Source: Candidatus Binatia bacterium (GTDB lineage Bacteria; Desulfobacterota; Binatia; UBA9968; CAXXLF01). Taken from it: a stretch of DNA of 64,000 bases. The DNA is taken from positions 320,001-384,000 of the forward strand of contig CAXXLF010000002.1 in the NCBI GenBank assembly GCA_963664015.2, written 5' to 3'. Shown one piece after another: positions 19,921 through 30,126 of the stretch (the first letter of the stretch is position 1; the number at the start of each line of letters is the position of its first letter). The position numbers and the translations under genes were made by a program. The notes under the pieces were generated by a model. The model saw only the letters and a program-made list of their open reading frames with translations, searched no databases and was not told the origin of the DNA.

Positions 19921-20405
19921 AATTTCTCATTGTGTAACTGCACGGATTCCCTCATTGCCGTGCCTGATATAAAGATAACCCGATAAAATAGAAACAATGT
20001 TTAATGGCTAGATAACTCTGAGGTCGCACACTTTACAAGACTGGTTCTAAACTTTTATAAGGGAGGGGGAAAGGGCCTGCCCCAATATCGATGGCCACCA
20101 GGCGGATCCCCCCCCCTTAAATGTGATTAGTCCTGGCTTAATACCCCTTAACCAGGACAGCACTTAAAACAATTAAACCTGGTAGACACATTGTTAGCGG
20201 AAGATCCAAAATCCCCTGGGCGATTCGTGCGACTCCGTCTATTCTCCTTCCCTTCTGCCGAACACTTTGATGTAATAAGAACCTATTCGCAACAGATTGC
20301 TATCCTCCTTGTTTGATTCGTTGTCTTCCAGATATTGCCTTTCCGAATCCGAAAGATGTTCAGGCTTTCCTTTTTGCCGTTTGCTTCCGTCCGATATTCG
20401 GCAGT

Positions 20406-21182
20406 CTACTTTTCCCACTGTTTCCGCAACGTGTAAATCACCGAGAAAAGGACCGTGACCGTCACGAAAATTACCCCAAGTGCGTTGATCACCGGCGTGT
20501 GGGCCTTGCGCGCCTGAGCCGCGATCTCCGTGGTCAGCGTGCACGAACCACCGATGGAGAACACCGTCGTGTTGTAATTCTCGAAGGACATCAGGAAGGC
20601 CAGCGCAGCGCTACTGAGAATGGCGGGCAAGAGGAAGGGAAAGGTCACACGACGGAACAGGAAGAACGGTGAAGCGCCGAGGTCAAGGGCTGCCTCTTCC
20701 TGCGAACGGTTTTTTCGCTGGAGCCGGGCCATGATGATCAGCATCGGGAACGAAGCAATAAAGGTAGTTTGCGCCAATATCGTTGTGTAGAGATCGGCGC
20801 CGACGCTAAAGTTACGCCAGAATACGATGGTAGCGATGCCAAGTACGATTCCCGGGGTCAGCATGGGAGAGATCAAGAACGCATAGAGCACATTCGTCGC
20901 CCACCCTTCGAGTCTGGTGAGTAGGATAGCAGCCGACAACCCGAGCAACACCGACGCCGGCACGACAAAGATGGCGATACGGAACGAGTTCTGCAGACAG
21001 CCGATCAGCCGATCCTCCGCGAGAAGGCGGGGAAACCAAGCCAACGTCAATTCCTGCCAGTTGGTCACCGACGGTGGCGACACACTGTTAAAGGCCGCCA
21101 GTATCATGAGAACGAGGGGCAGGAACATGAACATCACGAACATGCCGATGAAGATGTTTAGTAGGGCGTCACCTCTGTCCAT
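20406..21182 (-). CDS. potC: Polyamine ABC transporter permease (PotC-like)
   Basis: EEAALDLGA EAA loop; operon context. Confidence 0.88.
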   Translation of the reverse strand: MDRGDALLNIFIGMFVMFMFLPLVLMILAAFNSVSPPSVTNWQELTLAWFPRLLAEDRLIGCLQNSFRIAIFVVPASVLLGLSAAILLTRLEGWATNVLYAFLISPMLTPGIVLGIATIVFWRNFSVGADLYTTILAQTTFIASFPMLIIMARLQRKNRSQEEAALDLGASPFFLFRRVTFPFLLPAILSSAALAFLMSFENYNTTVFSIGGSCTLTTEIAAQARKAHTPVINALGVIFVTVTVLFSVIYTLRKQWEK

Positions 21183-21194
21183 TTTCTTCCCGGT

Positions 21195-22322
21195 TCATCG
21201 CGCTAGTTGCCTGAGTTTCACGCCGAAGATGGCCATGACGGCGAATATGAACACGATGCAGATAAGTAGCAGTGTGAAAGAGTAAGCCGAGCCCTGATTC
21301 CAGTTCGACGATTCGAAGAACTTGTCATAGATGAGCTGTGTGAACCATTTGGGCTGAAGTCCGCGAGTAATAATATAAGGCACCGAGAACGACCCTGCTG
21401 CCAACATGAAGGTCATGATGCAGCCAACGGCAATTCCGGGTCTTGTGTGGGGAATAATAACGCGCCAGTGAATGCGCCATGTCTTGGCCCCGAGGTCCCG
21501 GGCCGCCTCGACCTGGTTCGGATCAAGCGTTGCCATCGTGTTGTATATGGGGAAAACCATGAACAGAATGTAGGTGTAGACCAGAACCACCAGCACCGCT
21601 CCTGGGAATCGATACCAGATGATGACCTCATCCCTCGCAAACGAGGCAAAGCCGGCAAGATCCAGTAAGGTATTCAAGAGTCCATGCAAGTCGAACACCA
21701 TCAACCATGCATAGATCCGCATCAACTCGTTAACCGCATACGGTACAAAAAGCGCGGTGAACAGAATGACGGTTTTTATCGGTCCGGACCGTAGCGCTAA
21801 GGCATAGGCCACCGGATAGCATACAGCCAGCGCGATCAGCGTGACGATCAGTGCAAAGGCGATGGTCTTGGTCAGAGTCCACGCGTGCAGTCCCGTCATT
21901 GAGGTGTAGTTCCTGGCAGAGTAGGGAAACTGCTGAGCCTTGGCTGCCTTGAGGTTCTGCTCCTCGACGAGCAGTGATTGAATTTTATCCTCGATCTCGT
22001 GCACTTGTTGTTCCAACCGGAGCTTGTCTTCTTCCCCGAACTCCCCACAGCTCGAATCACCGGTCATCATGGGATTGACCATGCCCGTGGAGTTGCAGGC
22101 CGGACCGTTCACCAAATCGTATTTCTTGGTTCCCTTGTCGCGATACAATACGTCCAGATCGTTAACAATCTTCGTCAGGCGGTCGCCACGCTCCTCGAAG
22201 CGAAGGCTGAGTTCGATCATGAAGAACTGAGGTGCAACGATGAGGAAAGTCAGCCACAACGCCACGCAGACTGAAAAGAACGTGGTCAGCGGCCAACCGT
22301 AGATTTCAATTAGTTGCTTCAT
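21195..22322 (-). CDS. potB: Polyamine ABC transporter permease (PotB-like) with a large inserted loop
   Basis: VEAARDLGA, CYPVAY, NWNQGSA. Confidence 0.88.
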   Translation of the reverse strand: MKQLIEIYGWPLTTFFSVCVALWLTFLIVAPQFFMIELSLRFEERGDRLTKIVNDLDVLYRDKGTKKYDLVNGPACNSTGMVNPMMTGDSSCGEFGEEDKLRLEQQVHEIEDKIQSLLVEEQNLKAAKAQQFPYSARNYTSMTGLHAWTLTKTIAFALIVTLIALAVCYPVAYALALRSGPIKTVILFTALFVPYAVNELMRIYAWLMVFDLHGLLNTLLDLAGFASFARDEVIIWYRFPGAVLVVLVYTYILFMVFPIYNTMATLDPNQVEAARDLGAKTWRIHWRVIIPHTRPGIAVGCIMTFMLAAGSFSVPYIITRGLQPKWFTQLIYDKFFESSNWNQGSAYSFTLLLICIVFIFAVMAIFGVKLRQLAR

Positions 22323-23418
22323 CGACTTGACGACCCGTATCAGCGAGTTCCCCGCTGGCCATGACAATTGCATCAACGGCGGCAAAGCCGACATGCATCG
22401 AATGATCGTGATCGATCCCGGCGTCGTCGGCCTTGGACATATGGGCCACGATGGACTGCTCTCCCGTGGATAATACCCAGTTCACGTACGCGCCTTCCAT
22501 GTCGCGGCGGACGGGCTTTACAGCCACGCGATTATCGGACTGGGACTCATGGCCGATTTTCAAGGCTTCGGGGCGCACGAACAGCATTGCGTCGACACCG
22601 ACCGCCAGACCGGCAACCGCCCGCCCGCGCAAGGTGCCGAGTTCTGATTCGAGGGTCGCGACGCCGTCCTCTATCACTGTTATTCGCCCCCTTAGAATGT
22701 TGTTCTCGCCCACGAAACTAGCCACGAACGGCGTACTCGGGCGGTCATAAATACGATCGCTGGTATCGACCTGCTCCATGCGGCCGTGATTCATGACTGC
22801 CACGCGGTCCGACATGGTGAGCGCTTCGCCCTGGTCGTGGGTAATGTAGATAAAGGTAACACCGGTCATGCGCTGAATGTGCCTGAGCTCGGCGCGCATG
22901 TGCTGGCGGAGTTTGAGGTCGAGAGCGGACAAGGGCTCATCGAGCAGAAGCACCGAAGGTTCTACCGCTAAAGCCCTGGCTACCGCAACGCGTTGTCGTT
23001 GACCACCCGATAGCTCATCCGGTTTTTTCATCTCCTCGCCGTTCAACGCAACCAGGTCAATAAGTTCCATGGCGCGTTTGCGTCGCTCGGCTTTGCCCAC
23101 CCCTCGTGCCTCTAGCCCAAATGCGATGTTTTCCCAGACGGACATGTATGGGAAAAGGGCCAAGTTCTGGAAGATAAGTGCAGTAGGCCGCTGATTCGGC
23201 GGTACACCCAGCATGATGTCCTCGCCGATACGAATGCTTCCACTTGCTGGGCTGAGGAACCCCGAGATCATGCGCAGCATGGTCGTCTTGCCACAGCCCG
23301 AGGGGCCGAGAATCGAGAAGAACTCCCCCGCGTTGATCACGAGGTCGGTAGGATACACAGCGGTAAAATCGCCGAACTTCGCGGATACCTTTTCTAGGAC
23401 TACTTCTTTGCCATGCAC
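22306..23418 (-). CDS. potA: Polyamine ABC transporter ATPase (PotA-like)
   Basis: GPSGCGKT, LSGGQRQR, LLLDEP, TOBE-like C-terminus; likely GTG start at 23418. Confidence 0.92.
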   Translation of the reverse strand: MHGKEVVLEKVSAKFGDFTAVYPTDLVINAGEFFSILGPSGCGKTTMLRMISGFLSPASGSIRIGEDIMLGVPPNQRPTALIFQNLALFPYMSVWENIAFGLEARGVGKAERRKRAMELIDLVALNGEEMKKPDELSGGQRQRVAVARALAVEPSVLLLDEPLSALDLKLRQHMRAELRHIQRMTGVTFIYITHDQGEALTMSDRVAVMNHGRMEQVDTSDRIYDRPSTPFVASFVGENNILRGRITVIEDGVATLESELGTLRGRAVAGLAVGVDAMLFVRPEALKIGHESQSDNRVAVKPVRRDMEGAYVNWVLSTGEQSIVAHMSKADDAGIDHDHSMHVGFAAVDAIVMASGELADTGRQVDEATN

Positions 23419-23524
23419 TGCTCGAGCCCACCATGATATACGGACAGCCTCGCCATGGAGGCTCGTCTCGTCAGTCGTTGCCCGGAAAGACGTGGCCGCC
23501 CGCCACGATTGTATAAAACCAGCA

Positions 23525-24664
23525 TCAAGCGTTGCTGATTTTCTCAACGTACTCCTGGCGCAGGGGAGCGAACCACGGCGTGTCCGCCTGCCACCACCAC
23601 ATGTTGCTCAACACGTCAGGGCGATAGACTTCCGCGAACTGCCGTTTGAAGGTGTCAGAGGTGAATTCTGATGAACCGGCGACCGCGGAGTTGTATCCCG
23701 TTTTGTTGGAGAACATGCCGCCAACTTTCGGTGTCAAGATGTAGTTGATGAACTTGTAAGCTTCGTCGACGTTCTCCGCACCAGCTAGGATGCCGACGGA
23801 GTCGAGCCATGTGAGGATGCCTTCCTTGGGCGCTCGGTACTTGTAGGCCGAGTCCTCTCGGGCAAGCAACAGACCCGTGGTATCCCACGTCTGCCCGATT
23901 ACGGCCCCAGCATCCTTAAAGGAGGACGTGGCTTCGGTGGCGTTGTTCCAGAAGGCGCCGAACCAGTCCTTGCGCTCGATAATCCAGTCTGTGATCTCGG
24001 ACAATACACGCCGCGCGCCCTCTTCGGACTTGTAGACGTCGAGCATACGATTGGATTTTACCACGCCGATGGAGTCCAAGTATAATCCCGTACCCATAAT
24101 GACGGATTTCTGCCGAAAGGCGACCTTTCCCTTGACCTCCAGCCGCCACAGATCACCGAACGAGATCTCGTCGTCTTTCAAGCTCAGGGTTTTGGAGTTG
24201 TAGGTGATGCCCTCGGTTCCCCAGTCAAACGGAATCAGATAGCGTTTGTCGCGATACACGGCACCTAGCTGAATCGAATCACGCAAAAACGAGGGGATTA
24301 CGGCCTGGAGATTCACCCGCTTCTCGTCGATGGGTGCCAGCCAGATACCACCCGGGGCATTGGAGTCCTCGTAGTTCGCCCGGTTGGTGACGGACGGGAA
24401 GATGACATCCCAGCCTTTGCCTCCGGCGGCCTTGGTTTTTTGCTCGGCTTCATCATTGGATCCGAAGGTGGTGAGATTGACCTTGATGCTGGTTTCCTTC
24501 TCGAAGCCATCGATCATGTCCTGGTTGACGTAGTCCACCCAGGCGAAAACATTCACCTGCCGGGACGCCGCGAGTACCTGTGATTTGATGATCCAGGGCC
24601 CAGTCGCCGCAATTGCGATTACGGCGCACTTTTTGAGAAACGAACGCCGCGAAACGTCGCCCAA
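23525..24664 (-). CDS. potD: Polyamine-binding periplasmic protein (PotD/PotF-like), Tat signal
   Basis: SRRSFLK Tat motif; WVDY, FGSNDE, PFDWGT, PKEG. Confidence 0.88.
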   Translation of the reverse strand: MGDVSRRSFLKKCAVIAIAATGPWIIKSQVLAASRQVNVFAWVDYVNQDMIDGFEKETSIKVNLTTFGSNDEAEQKTKAAGGKGWDVIFPSVTNRANYEDSNAPGGIWLAPIDEKRVNLQAVIPSFLRDSIQLGAVYRDKRYLIPFDWGTEGITYNSKTLSLKDDEISFGDLWRLEVKGKVAFRQKSVIMGTGLYLDSIGVVKSNRMLDVYKSEEGARRVLSEITDWIIERKDWFGAFWNNATEATSSFKDAGAVIGQTWDTTGLLLAREDSAYKYRAPKEGILTWLDSVGILAGAENVDEAYKFINYILTPKVGGMFSNKTGYNSAVAGSSEFTSDTFKRQFAEVYRPDVLSNMWWWQADTPWFAPLRQEYVEKISNA

Positions 24665-25235
24665 GGAGCACGAGATTTTAGTTTTGTCATTAATGTCAAT
24701 TCTACTCAGATAACATCTCCTCTGGAACCGGACAGCTCGCAGTGAGATCTCGCCGCAAATTGCCGGTGTGCGGTAATGCTAGGTTCGGCGTTCACCGCCA
24801 ACATATCTTTTTATTCGAATGAGATCGCGTTGTCGCCAGCCCCCCCGAGAAACTCTAGCCCCGTAGTTCAGGGCTTGCAATCAAATAGCCCCCTTTCCGT
24901 CATAAAAAACAAAAAGCACCGCTGGAATGTTGCCTTGTCCCGTTGCCTTACCCTGCCTTACTCTTATTACTTCTTTACTGAGAGCTGATCACTGATATCT
25001 GGTGACTTTTATACAAATTCGCACTCACTTGTCAATTTCCGTTACGTTGGGAAAACCCTATGATAGAAAAGAACAAATGACTTGGTATTTCGGAAGGGAA
25101 ATAGTTGAATCCAAGACTTGGGGTAACCCGCATTAGAGCAGGATTATTGAACCCTTTGCAAATAGCAATATGGCAAGCTTGACCCCGATATGGGGGCTTG
25201 ACTGCCTCTCCCGGGCCCCCTACACCGTTCCGGGT

Positions 25236-26408
25236 TTATGTAGGGATATCCTGCAAAAACATTTCTTTTGGCAGCTCCTTTCCCAGGCCCTTTTGCCGGG
25301 CGTTGTCATAGATCCGACCGCCGACGCTTGCAAATTGGATCCCTTGGATGCCTGAGCTTGCCCCAATATCGCCTTCTAGAGTACCAAAGGACTGGGTTGC
25401 AAGGGTCGTTATCTCGTCTTTCCCGGTTCGTTGGTACCGTTGACCACTTTCCCAGTCGACGCAATCTACGTAGCGCGCATTAGGATACCGCTCACGCCCC
25501 TTGAGATTCTGCGAACTCCAGCTGCTGGTCGGTACTTTGTCCCGCTCATCCGGTTGTCCGGCAAGATAGCACATGGTGTTGACACGGACAGCAAAATCAT
25601 CGTCGATGAAATCCGCCACCGAAGGCGGCCTTCGGCGAACCAGGAGTCCGACTGTGTCGATTCGCTCGTATACGTCCGGGCTCAATTCCGATGCCATGAC
25701 GTTGGCGATATGTACACCTGGCTCGAGCCACTTTCCCTGGATTACAGGGGTATAGGAATTCGTGCAGGCAGCCACAATGTCGGCCCCGCGCAAGGCCTCC
25801 TCAGGCTTGCCAACCGGGATAACCTCGCATTCCAGTATCTGAGAGATCTCACCTGCAAATTTTGCTACATTGGCTTTTGTCGGGCTATAAACCTTGATGG
25901 TGGAGATGTCGTGGACCGCACAAAAGGCCCGGGCGAAACTTCTGGCCATCCCCCCTGATCCGATCATACCAAGAACCTTTGCCTCTGGTCTCGCTAGGTA
26001 CTTCGCTCCGATGGCTGCCGTGCAAGCGACGCGGAGATGTTGTACGAATCCATCGTTCATGATGGCGAGAAGTTCCGCATTGTTTACGCTAAACAGAAAT
26101 ACCAACCCGCCGTATAGGCCCGGCTGAGAACAGTAGGTAACCCGTCGCCGCATGCCGTTTACCACTGGCCACGAGATCATGTCGGGCTTGATCCGCAAGG
26201 CATAATAACCTGGCTCTTTCATGCCTCCTTCCATGGAGCTGAAGGAAAAAAACTCATCGGGACGTTTTGACGGGATCAGGTTGTCGATGCGGGGACGACG
26301 AATCGCGTCTCCACGCGCCATTTGTCGGATCCCGCTTTCCAATGCCTCGATGGCTTCCTGCGTCGTAATGGAGCGTTCCTGTTCCTGATTGCTCAAAAAT
26401 AATGCCAT
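25236..26408 (-). CDS. Ornithine cyclodeaminase/mu-crystallin family protein
   Basis: LRVACTAAIGAKYLAR, IGSGGMA, ACTNS, GIQFA. Confidence 0.88.
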   Translation of the reverse strand: MALFLSNQEQERSITTQEAIEALESGIRQMARGDAIRRPRIDNLIPSKRPDEFFSFSSMEGGMKEPGYYALRIKPDMISWPVVNGMRRRVTYCSQPGLYGGLVFLFSVNNAELLAIMNDGFVQHLRVACTAAIGAKYLARPEAKVLGMIGSGGMARSFARAFCAVHDISTIKVYSPTKANVAKFAGEISQILECEVIPVGKPEEALRGADIVAACTNSYTPVIQGKWLEPGVHIANVMASELSPDVYERIDTVGLLVRRRPPSVADFIDDDFAVRVNTMCYLAGQPDERDKVPTSSWSSQNLKGRERYPNARYVDCVDWESGQRYQRTGKDEITTLATQSFGTLEGDIGASSGIQGIQFASVGGRIYDNARQKGLGKELPKEMFLQDIPT

Positions 26409-26449
26409 GGATCCTCCTTCGCACCTTCCCTTTGCGCACAACTCAGAAA

Positions 26450-26857
26450 TCAATGGGATTTTATCGCATCCGAGGGAACACAAATATTTTTAGTCGGGTC
26501 AACGGCTCTGAATATTTTGCATTGTGAAAGCGTCTCAAACGTGTCTTTAATTCCCCATTTTTTTACACCAACGCTTACCAAGAACCATGCGCTAACCTTT
26601 TCTTGAGATTTCCCCTGGTTTTGCTCCAGAAGCCTTCTTGTGTTCGCCCTATCTTCTTCCTCAGCTCTCAATCTTTCTGACTCTATCCTCAATCTCTCCC
26701 CCTCTAATTGTACTTGTTGGTTTCTTTGCCTAGTCCTACTTAGCTCTGCCGCTTGATTAAATATATTTGGAGCGTTGCTTTTAGAGATGAAAGCGGAAGC
26801 TGGGCAAATCCAAGACTCGGCAACCACAGGCAAATGATCAGCACGACTATAGTGCAT
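26450..26857 (-). CDS. Hypothetical protein (coiled-coil, possibly decayed)
   Basis: ORF with AGGAGG RBS; no recognisable family. Confidence 0.4.
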   Translation of the reverse strand: MHYSRADHLPVVAESWICPASAFISKSNAPNIFNQAAELSRTRQRNQQVQLEGERLRIESERLRAEEEDRANTRRLLEQNQGKSQEKVSAWFLVSVGVKKWGIKDTFETLSQCKIFRAVDPTKNICVPSDAIKSH

Positions 26858-27003
26858 AACTCAGTCCTCCTTCTAGCGGCTTCTATCCCCCCCCCAAGGT
26901 TAAGTCAAGGGCGGCAGTCAAGGTGATGGTATAGGCGACGTAGGAAAGTGGTTTAACCAACTAGACCCCTAAAGGCTCCCCTTTTTAATAGAGTCCAAGC
27001 TGG

Positions 27004-27411
27004 TCAATTATCCACCTTCGAGGACCCTTTTTTGACATGCGCCCCTTCGATAATCCTGCTTAAACTGGCTATGTTGGATGTCGATTTGCCCTCTAACAGT
27101 CTTCTTTGCTGAAAGGACCGATCCATTAGCGCAATATTCTCGATTGGCCTCATTTCCCCTTCCTCTGCTAGGTCGTGTAGGTTCATCCTGGCTTTAGCTC
27201 CCAGGAGGTAGAGATCCTCTATCTCCTTCTCCTTAATTTTCTCGACCATCATGCTAATATCAGGATCGGTAAACACCTCACTTTTCAAATACCTGATGAT
27301 CGTATTATCGCTTTTTCCCATTCTCACAGCGATAGCCGTTGGGCTGACTCCCAGGTCATTCATGGCTTTCATACGTGCTAATTCTTTCTTGTTAGGTTTC
27401 TTCCCTCGCAT
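27004..27411 (-). CDS. Phage-like HTH protein (small-terminase-like)
   Basis: N-terminal HTH (GVSPTAIAVRMGKSDNTIIRYL) and a C-terminal RRLLEGKSTSN motif. Confidence 0.55.
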   Translation of the reverse strand: MRGKKPNKKELARMKAMNDLGVSPTAIAVRMGKSDNTIIRYLKSEVFTDPDISMMVEKIKEKEIEDLYLLGAKARMNLHDLAEEGEMRPIENIALMDRSFQQRRLLEGKSTSNIASLSRIIEGAHVKKGSSKVDN

Positions 27412-27729
27412 TGGGTATACCCCCATTAAATTTAATTCTAGGGCGTTTTAGAGGTCTTTATGATCGTCCCGGTGACGCTCTTTTTGTTTTGCTTGGGGAT
27501 CACACATCACTATATCAGCATCTCAATGGCCGGCCCCCCCCTGGCGGCTAATTTTTCGGTGACATAAACAACAACCGAAACGGTTTCGGTTCTAAGGTGA
27601 TTTTATGGTATATAAAGGGGGTTTTTAAGGATGACACCGGGACTATAGCAGACAATAGCAACAGTTGATTTCTCCCAAAATTACTTTAACTTCCTGATGT
27701 TTTCCTATGCTTTGTTTGGTTAGCCTGAT

Positions 27730-27756
27730 CGGGTTCAAATCCCGTCGGGGACGCCA
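27730..27756 (+). repeat. attR: tRNA-Glu 3' fragment
   Basis: Exact copy of 19894..19920. Confidence 0.93.
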
Positions 27757-27808
27757 TAATTCCACCGCACCGGCTTAACACTAGCGCCTCATAGTATCGA
27801 CACCCTCA

Positions 27809-28600
27809 ATGAAGCAAGAAATCATTCTAGGAATTATTCAAGGTATGACGGAATGGCTTCCCGTCAGTTCCGAGGGGCTTATTGTTCTGGCTAATATCCA
27901 CCTATTTGGAAAGGACGACTTGAGCGAAAGTATTCAACTCGCGCTTTTTCTTCATCTGGGGACCTTTTTTTCCGCACTGATCTACTTTCGGTGCAAGATT
28001 TGGCAATTGCTCAAGTCGCTATTTCACTATCCCCAATCCAGTCTGGAACAGCAGGCAACATTGAAATTTCTTATGATCAGCACGCTGATGAGCGGTCTCA
28101 TCGGGTTCGGCTTGTTGCAGACCCTGATCCACTTGGAAGAGCAACTCCTCACTTCCGGAAGGGTATTGACGGGCCTAATCGGACTTCTGCTTCTCGTTAC
28201 CGGGGGGCTCCAACTCTCGGCTCGGGCCGGGCAGCCGAGAAGTGCCAAGGACTCGTCGGTTCTGGATGCCGTTATCTTGGGCGTGGTACAGGGTCTGGCC
28301 ATATTGCCAGGCCTTTCCCGTTCCGGTCTGACCATCTCTGCATTGCTTCTACGTAAATTCGATGACACCGACGCGTTGACCCTGAGCTTTCTGATGAGCC
28401 TTCCGGTCGTCCTCGGGGGTAATATCCTGCTTAACGCGAACGGTTCCCTCCTCACGACCTCGAATCTATTGGGCACCCTCTTCGCCTTTGGCTTTGGTCT
28501 GGCAACCATTCATATTTTACTCAAGGTGAGCAAAAGGCTGAATTTGGGCTATTTTGTACTTTTGTTCGGACTTCTGATGGCCGGGTCGACTTTGTTATAA
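27809..28600 (+). CDS. uppP: Undecaprenyl-diphosphate phosphatase
   Basis: GIIQGMTEWLPVSSEG, HLGT, PGLSRSG. Confidence 0.93.
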   Translation: MKQEIILGIIQGMTEWLPVSSEGLIVLANIHLFGKDDLSESIQLALFLHLGTFFSALIYFRCKIWQLLKSLFHYPQSSLEQQATLKFLMISTLMSGLIGFGLLQTLIHLEEQLLTSGRVLTGLIGLLLLVTGGLQLSARAGQPRSAKDSSVLDAVILGVVQGLAILPGLSRSGLTISALLLRKFDDTDALTLSFLMSLPVVLGGNILLNANGSLLTTSNLLGTLFAFGFGLATIHILLKVSKRLNLGYFVLLFGLLMAGSTLL

Positions 28601-28778
28601 AATAGGTTTGAGCAATGACCGGGCTATGAAGTCGAAAAAGGGGTTAAGGTATAACTGCTACGTCTAACCAAAACCCTTTGCGTTGAGAATTCCAAACCGA
28701 GTGCCTTGATCGAGGATCATACACCCAACCATGGAAACCTTGGGGGCCATTCTCGGCGAGGAGCTTCAGAGACGAATT

Positions 28779-29171
28779 TCAGGCAGTATCGCCGTTTTGA
28801 GTTGTAGCCTGGTTGAGGAGGAGTTCAATTCGGGGTACGAGCTGCTCGTAGGTAAAAGGTTTCGCCATATAATCGGTGCAACCGCTCAGGAGGCAGTCAT
28901 CTTCCTCTATCTTACTCACTTTGGCTGTCATAGCGAGTATGGGGGTGCCTTGGGTCTTGGGATGCTGACGAACCTGGCGGGCGATCTCGAGGCCATCCAG
29001 ATCGGGCAGTACAATATCCAGAAGAATGAGATCCGGCTGCTCAGCCACTGCTCAATCTACAGCCTGCTTACCTTTCATCACCCCTATGGTCTCATAAGGG
29101 TTACGAAGCAACATCTCCAAGACTCTCAGCAGATCTTGATTATCTTCTAGGATGAGGATTTTCTTCTTCAT
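28779..29171 (-). pseudogene. Single-domain response regulator with in-frame TGA at codon 40
   Basis: MKKKILILEDN...AVD*AVAEQPDLILLDIVLPDLDG...MTA...KPF. Confidence 0.82.
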
Positions 29172-29208
29172 ATCCAGAACGCTAGATCGTGACGTCAAAA
29201 CAATAAGC

Positions 29209-29223
29209 GCAAAAGGGGTGCCA
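29209..29223 (-). promoter_or_regulatory. Sigma54 promoter of the receiver gene
   Basis: TGGCACCCCTTTTGC on the minus strand, about 40 nt before the ATG. Confidence 0.65.
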
Positions 29224-29399
29224 ATCCATATCCTATTGATTTACAACGATTCTCAGAATCAGTTAGCGAAGGATCTGCTACAAGGGGGGGCAAGTTTCTT
29301 CCAAAAATGCCTTATCCTGACATTCCTCAGTGTTCAACGATACTAGAAGATGGGCTACCTTTACCACCGGTCCTTTATCCCAATCCGTACAACGGCAAT

Positions 29400-30020
29400 C
29401 TATTCCAGAATGGACGTCAATTCGCCCTCCAGTTGGGAGGCCGATTGGAACTGAATCGAATGAATCCCAAGGTCTGCAGCCGCTGCAACAAATTCGGGTA
29501 TATCGTCTACGTACCACACGCGATCTGGAGCAAGCCCGGCCGTTTCCAATGCGTGTCGATAAATCTCCAATGCGGGCTTTTGAAATCCCACCCGATAGGA
29601 CACAATCAAGGCCTCCATCTTCTTGAATACCGAACAAACCGATTCGAGGTATTCGAAATGCAGTGGGTTGGTATTGGATAGGAGGAACAGACGACACCGA
29701 TCTGCCAATCGATGGATCAGCAAAGAAACCTCAGGATTCTCACGGAACCCTGAGTTCCAGATGGCCACGAACTCGTCGAAGCTGAGTTTCAAACGGTAGC
29801 TCGACGCCACCTCTTCGAAGAATCTCTGTGAAGAAATCTTACCCGTATCGAAATCTGCTAACAGCGCGGCGCTTCGTACTTTGATATCGGCGATAAAATT
29901 GGCCGGATTGTGGTACTCCAATTCCTCCGACAACCCACCCAACTTGGCTGCGACGGTCAGCATGTCCACATGGACAAGGACGTCCCCAAGGTCAAAAATA
30001 ATCAGATCCGGATGGTCCAT
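29400..30020 (-). CDS. HAD-family phosphatase (YihX-like)
   Basis: FDLGDVL, LSNTN, KP, VDD motifs. Confidence 0.92.
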   Translation of the reverse strand: MDHPDLIIFDLGDVLVHVDMLTVAAKLGGLSEELEYHNPANFIADIKVRSAALLADFDTGKISSQRFFEEVASSYRLKLSFDEFVAIWNSGFRENPEVSLLIHRLADRCRLFLLSNTNPLHFEYLESVCSVFKKMEALIVSYRVGFQKPALEIYRHALETAGLAPDRVWYVDDIPEFVAAAADLGIHSIQFQSASQLEGELTSILE

Positions 30021-30126
30021 ACTTCCAGTTTGGCAAATTCTAGCGAAATTTCAATTCGCCGGTATGGCTTGGATTTGCATTCCCCCTGCACTTTCGATAA
30101 CTTTGCGCCAATAGAAGGAAATAGAC

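Noticed and set aside
29052-29054. TGA in the receiver gene (and at 1993 in the LLM gene) as selenocysteine
   Set aside because: Not at conserved Cys positions and no SECIS-like hairpin noted; treated as nonsense mutations.
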